A stretch of DNA of 63,931 nucleotides, the filler included, from Streblomastix strix (taxonomy: Eukaryota): the NCBI GenBank assembly GCA_008636045.1. It is 3 parts of 3 records of this genome, joined end to end, with 100 filler letters (N's around TTAATTAATTAA, not from the genome) between each part and the next. Parts side by side here need not be neighbours in the genome. Positions count along the whole stretch, not along the records: positions 42,703 to 63,931 come from SNRW01000388.1; 2 more parts are not named here. One strand, 5' to 3'. Of this stretch, positions 53,501 to 63,931 are shown one piece after another; within the stretch, counting starts at the first letter, position 1; every line of letters begins with the position of its first letter. The notes beneath the pieces were generated by a model that was not told where the DNA came from, made no database searches, and saw only the letters and a list, made by a program, of their open reading frames with translations. Made by a program: the position numbers and the translations under genes.

Positions 53501-56500
53501 TGAAACTGGAACATTAGGAGTGGCACTTGTATCTCCATTGCATAAAAATAAATCATTACTAAGAAAAAATAAATTAATAAATTAATCAAAATAATATATT
53601 CAATCAAATACATCTGTTCGTATATCTGATAGTCCACAATGTAAACGTGATAGATCGAGGACTTCAACTCTTTAATTATTAAAACGTTTATGTCTAAACT
53701 GCAAACACAACACAAGTATAGCTGCTACTTTGTTTGGTAAGCTTTAATTGAGGGAAATAAGAAGATTAAGAATAGTCCAATAAGATCTTCCTGAGAAACT
53801 CCCTCCTTTTTCATTAGATTAATTATAATAGAAACCAGAAGGATTGACAGAATCTGATTAATAACTACAATAATACACTAAACACAAAGAATATTTAATT
53901 TAATTGAAGAAATACGAAGAAAGATGCTCAAGAGTTAGATCTCAAGTTGCTTTATAATTCCTCAATTAGGTTTAAACAGGCGGTGCCAATGTTTAATGGG
54001 CTCGTTCATTCATTTAATGCCCAATGAAGTAAAGAAGAGCGATTCCATCATGTCATTGTGGACTGAAGAACTTAGGGGCAACATGCTATATGAATTCATG
54101 CCTACAATAGCTGTTCATGCATATACCATTTAGAGCTATGCTTCTTAGATTCGTAGATAGAGTTGGAGAAAACGATAAGAAAGCAGATATAATTGAAGGA
54201 AAACCAATAGAAATTATTAGTAATATAGTCACAGTTAAATCCGAAAAAGAAGAACCTTTTAAATAAAATAAAATAATCCCCTGTGATCCAATCTTAAATT
54301 AATCTCAATCATCATGGACTCAACTTTAGTACATATTTGCTAAGTTGCAGGAATCACTTAGACATGAAGTTGATACAAGATCCTTCTGTAATTCATACAA
54401 ACCAGAAGGAGAACAAATGTCTGTTGGTGTTTAGATGGATGCAAATGAATTTCTTTCATAATTATTTGATACTTTGGAAAATTCATTGAAATAAAATAAG
54501 GTTTTTTTTTAACTTTTTATCATTGAATTATTTATTATTTATTTATTTTAACTATTATTATATATATTAATTAGGCTACAAATTCCATAGCCAGACTTTT
54601 TGGAGGAGAATTAACACATCAAATAATATGTGATCATGGTCATGCAAGCGAGAGATCAGAGGCTTATAATATGATATCCCTTGATGTAGCAGGAAAACAA
54701 AATCTGAATAAATCTTTGGAATTTTTCATTAAAGGTGATATCTTAGATGGAGATAATATGTATATGTGTGGAAAGTGTGGTTAAAAAGTTAAATCGTTGA
54801 AGAGAGAAGTATTTGGTTCATTACCGAATACTCTTATATTCCACCTAAAAAGATTTGAATTCAATTTCGATACAATGTTAAAGTTTAAAGTTAATGAAAG
54901 ATTTTCATTCCCAGTTGAAGGAGAGATTTTGGATATGAGTCCGTATATGAGAGAGATATTGACTGTACCTGAGCAGAATGAAGAAGAAATAACAAAAGAA
55001 AAAGAGAAGGATAATTAATAATAAAGAAATAAAGACTATTATCTATTTGCTTTAAGGGGAATTGTAGTTCATTCAGGTAGTGCAGACTCAGGTCATTACT
55101 ATTCTTACATAAAAGAGAGAATATGTGTTGATAATAATGATGAATATATACAGGCTAATTATGAGAATAATAAATTATTAAAATCATAAAATAAAACAAT
55201 TATTGAATCCGAGTAATAGTAAGATTAATAATAATAATAATAACAAAATATTACATAAACATAATCAATAGAGTAAAAATAGACTAAAAAATTAAGATGG
55301 TTGAGTTTTAATGATAGCACAGTAGAAGAAATAAATGTTAATTAAATTCCAGACTTAACATTTGGGGGTTAAGAGAAATAAACAAGATGGGATTAGAAGA
55401 TCTAGAGGAATATAGAATCGTGGATTGACAAATCATATTCAGCTTATTTACTAATCTATGATAGAATTAAACCTATTCCAGATAAAATTGAAGATACTAA
55501 TAACGAAGAAGAAAATAAATAAGTGAAAGAATTAATAAATGAGAAAGAAAAAGAAATCAGTATTGGAAAGAAAGAACAATAATAACCTCTGTTCTATGAT
55601 CTTACTTCTGTTATTAATCCAAATGCAAATGAAACACAAACAAGAGATCTTGTTCCAAAAGGAATGTTAGAAGTTATTGAAAGAGACAACAGAGAATTTA
55701 TTTATGAGGCAAATATCTACTCACCAGAATATGCAGTTATAATGTCATCATTATTTGATTTGTGTGGATGTGGAGTAATTAATATGACTTATCAATCATC
55801 AATTATTAAGAATAAAAATATTAATAAGAAAGGAGATTAAGAAACAAGAATTTAAAAATATTCTATTGCAAATAAACACATTTTACCTCTTCCTCCAGTT
55901 TTCTCCAGAAGATGGACTCACTTTAATGATAAAATAGCAATCAATTATTAGTAATATAAAGATATCTACTACCCCAAATAGTGGAATGGAGAAGTATTGC
56001 CATTTAATAAAGGATTTACTGGACTCTATTTTGAAGAGTAAGAAATAGAAGATGAATAAGAGAGTTCAAGTGATGAATCTGAGGACAGTGAAGATGAAGA
56101 ATAAGAAGAGAAGAAAAGTAGGAAGAGAAAAAGATCTGTTCGAATAATCACTAAAATTGATGGAATAAAATAATTATTTGAATCTGATCCATATAGACAC
56201 GTGATAGATAAGGAAGATGATGAATTATAGAATAATGAAAGCGAACAGGAATTAGAATAAGAGAATGATCTTAATAATCAACAGCAACTTTTGCACATGT
56301 TTCGTATTATTTGGATACATTTCTTGTTAGACACATATATTCATTCACTTGAACGTCCTAATCTATAAATTTGGATCCGTTCAGTTGAATCTATTCTTTC
56401 TTCTGATATTCAATTTTCATTCTGGTTCTTATCTGAATGCTGTGAATAATGTTTGATGTGGGACTTGTTTGCTTAGAATCAAAAAGAGATGTATTAGAAT

Positions 56501-59500
56501 GTTATACTGAGGTCTGAGAAATGGAAAAGGTAAGAAGAAGAAGAAGCTCAACAATAATAATAAGAATAAGAATAACCAGAATAATTAACTTAATTACCAA
56601 GTTATATAATAACAGAAGATGAGAAACTTGAGTTGGAATTTGAGAAATCTCGTTAATTTACAATATTATCTTCTTTTGATCGTTAATTAAGTAGTTTAAT
56701 TTAAAGGAATTCCGACTTGTAGAATATTCATATGTTATTCATCCCATAAATACCTTGGATTCATTCTTTGTTGTTGTATTGTTCTGATGCATCTGCAAGA
56801 TTAGCCTTCTCTAAATTAATTCTCACAGCTTTGAAATCTATATTTGTGTATGGCACTTGGGAAGAGATGGAAATTAGAGCAAGAGTTAATGGTTTCTCTA
56901 TTTATATATTTAATCATTCGTAGATTGATAATCCTTAATAATTAGTTGAAAGAGAAGAAGAAGAAGAATCAAAGGAGCGATTAGAGAAAGAATAAGAGAA
57001 AGAGAAGAAAAAAGAATAAATTGAAGATGAAAACAAATTAAAATTATTATCATATTAATTACCATATAAATTGTGTCCATTAAATCTATAGGAACACTTT
57101 TTAGGGAAATAATAATACTCTTGGATGCCTCCACTTCCTTCTTACGTTTCATTCTCTATATCACACAACAAATCAAGCCATAACGAAGAATAATCCATTT
57201 TGAAGCAAAAAATTCTCTCACCATCAATCATATTACTCAAAAACACATTGATTCATCTTCTTAATTTGCTTCCTTTTAATTAATCGAAATTTACAAATTT
57301 AGTTCATTTATTCTTAATTTTTAGAGATTTTGCATCTTGGGGTAGTTTATCTTCGTTATTATTGGAATCCTTAGATTATCCAAGAAGAGTTGCTGATTAT
57401 ATAATGGGAGAAGAATCTCATTATCGTTGGAATGAAGAAGTAAAGAATAATAATCCTGTTTTATCTAAAAAGAAATGTAAACCAATTGATTCTGTAAATA
57501 AAAGTTCTTGGAAAGCTTTAATTTAATCCCTATTAATTTCAATTCACAATGTATAAAAGCCTCTTCCTTAAGCATTAAAAGGAGATCTTTCAATATTTTC
57601 TAGTTATCAGAAATACATAAATGAAATGAGAGATTATCAATAGAAATAATAAATATATGAACAATAATTAAAGAAATATTCTGACTAGTAAGAGTAAATA
57701 AGTAAATAATCTAAATTAAGACAAAAGTTTTCATTAGATAAGATCCTTACATTACCACAACCACCTTCACCCATATTCACATAAAATGGAATATGTGCAA
57801 CAGATTCTGAGATTTGGGATAACATTGAATGGGATCTAACTTCTCATTCATTTGAATAATAGGAATCTTAAAGATATAATAGATTGCATAAATTATTAAA
57901 TGCGTTACCTAACCACATACAATTTGATATTATATTAAAATAGTAATCATTGTAACCTTTATTTAATCCATTTTCATCTTAAAGAGAACTGGTTTCTTCA
58001 ACTTCTTATACTCAACATGAAAAAAACAATAAAGATGTAAATTTATTGCCTCTTCCAGATGGTAGAATGTCGGTAGTAGATTATTATTTCCCTCCTCCTT
58101 TATATCCATTTGAGCGTACTTCTGGACATGGTCTTCTTTCAAGACATTTGTTCCATGTTATGATTAGAGGATCAGTTTAAGATATTTATGTATGTGGATA
58201 AAGAAATTTATAATTTTTAAATAAATTTAAAAATAAATAAATATTTTTATTTATTTATTTATTTATTTTCAATATTAAACAATATATTTTATGATTATAT
58301 ACAGTAAATGCATAAAGAAGTTCTTATTTCAAATGCATTTTTTAAAACTTGCTTAAAAGAAGGGAATTCATCTTCACTTCTCTCTGTAACATTATCAACA
58401 ATATTATAGAAGGATTATTTATAGTAAAGAAAAGAAGAAAGAAAAAGAAGAAGATTAGTAACATATTATCACCATAACCATGAAAGGAAAGAGAAGCTTA
58501 AAGAATTATAGGATAGATTGAAGAAAGACAGGGAGAAATAAAAGAAATAGAAAATTAAGGAGAGAAATTAGAAAGATGGAAAAGATTAATAATCTTAAAA
58601 TATAAAAGAAAAAGATAAATAGGATGATTCCATTAAAGAAGCAGCAGATGAAAAAAGATTAAGAGAAAAAGAAGAGTTTTTTAAGATACAAGATCAATAA
58701 GAATAATAAATAATGTTATAATAAAACAGCAGAGAAGCTTCTGCATCTGATTTGAGTGATGATTCAGATAATGAATATATACTATATGATTATAATGATT
58801 AGAAAGCAGAAGAAGATGAAGAAGGAAGAAGCAGTAGTTCAGAAGATGAGGAAGATGATGATAGGAAAGATGAAAATGGATAAAGAGAAAGTAAATCTAT
58901 ATAAGCATAATCATCCAGAGCAGAAGTATTGAGATCATTAGAAAAATCATTAAAAAAAGATACTATTGAAGATTATGAAAAGAATCTGTTTTTGTTTTTC
59001 TAACTTATTTGTATTCCTACTGTAATTACAAACTAGTCAAGAAGAATTGCTCAGAAGAGATTTCAATCTTCATAACCCTCTTCATAATCATCATCATCAT
59101 CATATCAATAACTTCAAACAACATTTAAAGTAGATAATAATTAAACTCAAGATTTTGGTCCATCATCTCCTTCATCAGAATATAAATAATAAAACAAAAT
59201 TCCTCCTGTTTTCCATAAACTCACTCGATCTGATACAAGAAGAGTTGCACGTGTTATCCTGTTTGCTATTTATAGGAGGACAAAAGGAATTGTTTAATCA
59301 ATTCTTTATTCAGCAGCTGCCTTCTCCAGAATATATCCTCCATTAAGATTTGCACTAATAGGAGGAGCTATAAGAGAAATAATGCAATGTCTTCTAAGTG
59401 AATTTAGTTGGAAAGTGAGGGAAGGTGCAGGTAGATTATTAAGAGTTCTTACTTTAGCCAATGATCCAGAAGTTGTTGGATCTCTGGGGACACGTTTGAT

Positions 59501-62500
59501 TGAAGAAGCTCAGTCATAATTAGTGTAAAATTCATCTAAGTAATAAATTGATAAACAAGTTGGTATGATATAAGATAAAATATACATACCATCATCAAGA
59601 CCTTTGGAAGGAATGGGAAGTGAAATAGAAAGAATAAGAGAATTAGAAATGAATGATTAAAGAATATAAAACATATCTAAACCAACTATATCAGATTAAT
59701 ATGATGCGATTGTGTCAGATAAGAATTAAAGATAGAATACAATATAAGATTGGGATACAATTACATTAGAAAATGATTTAAGATTAGATGCATTAAGAAG
59801 AAAAGATGATGAATTGGGAATCAAACATTATGGTGATGAAGAAATTGGGTTATAATTATAATAAGATTGGGTAAGAGATGAATTTTTATAGAAGAAAGCA
59901 AAAGAAGCCAGAGTACTATGGAAAGGAAGATGGGGTACTGATGGAGAGAAGAAGATAAAGATTGGAGAATATGAAGTATATTAATAAGATGAAGGAATTG
60001 AAGATAAATAAATTATTATGGATGAATTAAATTATAAAGAATAAGAAACTGATAAAGAAGAATATCAATGTACATGTATCTGTTTCATACATAGTAGAAG
60101 TATAAGCAATGATACAAATGAATAAATTAAGCATTCATCAATATAATAAGCAACAGCTCTTCCTCCTCAATCAACATCATTCACTGATAAACTTGGATTA
60201 ACCAGGAAGAGTAAATCAAGTTATTCATATGAATGGGGAACAGTTATGCCAAATGATCGAGAGTTTGGAGGAGGAGCTGATGCAAATGAAACAGCAGAAG
60301 CAGTTGAGACAAGCATTGAAATAACTCCAAATGCAGAAGAGAATAGTTGGGTAACTAAATTAAGATAAGTTGGTGTGTGCTGGTGCGGATGTAACTGTCC
60401 TTTGCATTAATCAAAAAGAAAGTCTGCTTCATTATCATTTACTCCAAATACCAATTTAAGAATTGATACATCACGTTTTGTTGGTAGATCTGCAATAATG
60501 ATGGCTTTAACATCATAATCATCATTAGTTTAAGATGCTAAGAATTAATTAGATGAAAAAATTAAATAATTGAAATCTAGATTTACGACAATACAATCCT
60601 CATCAATAGCATTACCTCCTCCTCCTCCAATTCCTTCCAATCCTCCACCTTCTCTTAATGGAATATAATCTTCATCTACAACAACTACAAGTTATACCAG
60701 ATAATTAGTAGAAGATAAGAGTGAATGGTTTAGTGGTGCATAATAGATGGCTGATTCTTAGTTTGAGATGATGTATCCATTGAATAATGAAGGACTTAGA
60801 GGAGGGTAATATTATGTTCCTGATGCAAAATATGCAGATATTCAATTCTTATATTAACCAGAAAAGGAATAAATGGATCATTTTACGAAGATGAAGAATA
60901 AAGAAGAAGCAATTGATAGACTTATTAATGAAATTGAAAAAGAAGCTAAATAATAATATAATTAAAAAGAGTAAAAAACTTTTGATTAATAAAAAGAAGT
61001 AAAAGATTTATTAGAAGAAGGTGATGGATAGCGAACTGACTTTGTTGATGATAATTCATTTAATGTAAAGAAAGTTGATATTGGAAAAGATAAACATAGA
61101 AGTGTTTGGAAATGGGCAATACATGATAATGAACCTCCAGCTTTGTTTGATTAAAGAGCGAGGAATTTAATTATATTAACAATTTTGGAATATATTGATT
61201 AAATGGACTATTAGGAATTAGGAAAGCTTTGCGTTTCAGATTCTTAAAATAGCTCATCTTCGAATAATTAAACGCATGATGAATAAAATTTAATAATTAA
61301 ATCTACACATGGAGCTCAAATTGCTCCAAATTAAGCTACAATTATTGATTCAAAACTTCGTGATTTGCATAGAAATGAATCCATGATTAATACTTTATCC
61401 TGGCTTATTCGCACTCCTGATGATGTTGAACTAGTACTATAACGCATTGGAATAATAATATCAGCTATTGAATATAGATTATTACCTGAAATTGGTGGTG
61501 ATCTTGATTGGACATTAGTTGCTTTACTTAGATTATTACATATTCTTATTATTAAATCATCAACTACTAGATTTCATACAAATAGTGAAATCGCTAATGC
61601 AATTATAACATCATTATAGAATGGCATTACTTTTGATAGATCATAATTTAAGGAAAGTGATAAACAAGGGAATCAAAATCCAAAATACTAAACTACTGAT
61701 TCTTAAAGGTTATCAATAATTAAATCAATAATGAGATCAAAATAAATCATCAATCTATTTCGCCCAATTGTAACATGCCCTTGTGAACCTGTAGAAATGT
61801 ATAATTAATCTGGTTAAGCAGTAACAGGAGTTGTAGATAATACATATATATAGAAACCATTTTATTTATAAGATGCTGAACTCAGAGCACTTTTTAACTT
61901 AAATATTATTATTTTGGGTGGTTGTGAAGGAATTATTCATTCAGAGTCACCTTATAATACAAGAAGAATATCAACAAATTAATAGAAGATTGAAGAGCTT
62001 GATTTCTTTAGAGAAGGAGTTGCTTAAGATTTAATCAATGAAAAAGAAAAAGAATAAAATGGATCATCAAATAAAGAATAACTTGTACTTCCTCTTGGAG
62101 CTGGTGCATATATTCATGGGAAAGAAAATAGCTTTTTCAATTCTATTTCATAAATCTTGAATGAAGAAGCTGTAAAATGGTGTTTTATTCATGCGCTTAA
62201 ATTCAATGAGCTTCTTCCTAATACGTGTGGTACATTTATGAGAATGATGATGAAGTTTGCAGAGTAAGGAAGTAAATTTAGGAGAACAATACTGAAGTAT
62301 GTAATTTAGTACAGAAAATAACTTGAACAACTTGTTGCTGCCAGACTTATTTGCATGCTTTTTGAAATGCAACCTGCTCATATGATATAAGAAGATAAAC
62401 AAGTTTCATTGGGAATTTAGAAGAAATATTCCCTTTCTGTTGAGAATGTATAGAAAATGGGATAAAAATAAAATTTTACCAACAAAAAGATTGAAGGTTA

Positions 62501-63931
62501 AAGTAACAGCGATTTAGAAGTGTTTGATTTGGAAAGAGCAATTGAAGAAAATACAAAAGCAATCCTTCCTGAAGTTGAAGAGGAAGCACTGCATAGATTA
62601 GATTGGGCAAAAGGAATATGTATATTAAATTCAGAATTAATTGAGTAATAAAGAATTAATGAAGCTTATATTTAATGGAGTTAATAAATAAATAAAGCAA
62701 AAAATATTTAATTTCAATATTAATAAAAAGGAAAGAAGATACCATAAGACAAAGTATAATTTATATAAGCTGCATTTTCAATACCAGAACCTATAAAACC
62801 AATTCCAGAAGAATATAATGGGTTTATTACTGGAGATATTATATCATGGCTAATGCGCATTCTATATGATGATGCAGATTTATATACATTTATACATTAA
62901 TCATGGAAAGAAGAAGATGATGAAGAAGAAGAAGAAGAAGAGGAAGAAGATGAAGAAGAAGAATAAGATGATGATGAAGTTGAATAACCATTAAATAAAT
63001 AGAAGATATAATCATCAAAAGATAATAACAATAATAATAAATCAAATCCTAATACTTATCCTTAACCTATCTATCTTAGTCCACCAACTGATCATCCTTA
63101 ATAATAAGAATAATAGTAAGATAATAAATAAGATAATAAATAAGATAATAAATAAGATAATAAATAAGATAATAAAAAGAATTAATAGAAATAGAATGAG
63201 TAAATAGAAAGTGATAAAAAGATAGTAAAACCAAAGAAGAAATAAATTAGGCCTTATTTATCATAATCATAATAATAATCATAATAACAACAATATAATA
63301 AACCAATTCATCCATCACCACTTATTCAATCTCAGTCTTCTACATCTCCAAATAATACACAACAACAACAACAACAATAATTAACTTAATCATAACCAAT
63401 TCCTTTTCCTTCTTCATATCCTGCAAGTCCAGCTTCAGATTCATAATCATAACCTTAATAACAATATAATTAATCTTCTTCTGTTCCAATTACTCAATCT
63501 TTGAATTCACCATTTCATTAATAATCTCCATAATATAATCCATAATCCAGTCTATAATCTAATATATAATACAATCCATAATACAAACCATAATCTAATA
63601 TATAATACAATCCATAATCTCATATACCACCATTCCCTCCATTTCCATCTTAATCATCTTAATCATCTTAATCATCTTAATCATCATCATCTCCATAATA
63701 AATAGATATAAATAAAATAAGGAATGATATTGAATAGGTTAAATTGAAGATGTTATAGAGAGATTTAGATAGAGTGAAAGAAAGAGAATAAATGAATGAA
63801 AGATAATAATAGATTGAGAAAGAGAAATAAAGACTTATAAGAGATAAAGAGAATGAGAAGATTAAGGAATTGGAGAATGAGTAGAAAGAATGGGAAAGAT
63901 TGAGAGATAAATAATTATAGTTGGAATTAGA
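44541..63931 (+). CDS. USP34: Giant ubiquitin-specific protease, USP34/USP24/USP9X (fat facets) family, 3'-incomplete
   Basis: Cys box GLKNLGATCYMNSCLQQLF (Cys at 54084-54086), QMDANEFL, FGG..HQIIC, LDGDNMYMCGKC, LPNTLIFHLKRFEFN, His box GIVVHSGSADSGHYYSYIKER (His at 55094-55096), WLSFNDS, SAYLLIYDR. Family N-terminal hallmarks: LEKRLMAITQL...VLNLVFGAKSHIEVAK, LLTLLPTDP, WVERFVEAGGL. Six introns (44566-44627, 44706-44787, 44933-44987, 48608-48723, 54501-54574, 58190-58304) keep a consistent frame. The exact orthologue within the family is tentative. Confidence 0.85.
63117..63176 (+). repeat. Coding 12-bp tandem repeat TAAGATAATAAA x5 = (QDNK)5 within the USP gene
   Basis: Five perfect units in frame. 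Confidence 0.9.

Noticed and set aside
301..62402. Most ORFs in the supplied six-frame track as stand-alone genes
   Set aside because: They were computed with TAA/TAG as stops. Many are antisense or off-frame shadows of larger genes (e.g. 2447-2632 is the wrong frame of the cyclin; the minus-strand ORFs at 45029-62402 overlap the USP gene). Only a few are true fragments.

Overview
Very AT-rich eukaryotic (protist) DNA that uses a non-standard nuclear code: TAA/TAG = Gln and TGA is the only stop. The supplied standard-code ORF track is therefore mostly fragments or wrong-strand noise. The code, the GT-AG introns (mostly ~50-300 nt), the NEK-like kinase/SPRY genes, the beta-helix surface-protein repeats and the fold-back contig end best fit an oxymonad such as Streblomastix strix (inference, not verified). 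The window is three separate contigs (1-21266, 21367-42602, 42703-63931) joined by artificial N44-TTAATTAATTAA-N44 linkers, so adjacency across the gaps means nothing. Contig 1 holds the 5' end of a MIR/beta-trefoil protein gene, a PHO80-type cyclin, and a ~9 kb intron-rich gene with three degenerate NEK-like kinase domains and two SPRY domains, carrying an in-frame 668-bp tandem duplication. It also holds a small helical orphan-family gene, a multi-pass membrane protein, a mosaic beta-helix surface-protein pseudogene possibly bracketed by transposon ends with an 8-bp TSD, and a cluster of transposon-end-like motif arrays. Contig 2 holds a pseudogene of the same orphan family, a TMEM62-like metallophosphoesterase, a VWA pseudogene, an RRM+ARM protein and an ARM/coiled-coil protein truncated by an inverted chimera. 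Contig 3 holds the end of a low-complexity gene and a giant (>6,200 codon, 3'-incomplete) USP34-like deubiquitinase. All translations were done by hand; no searches were run.
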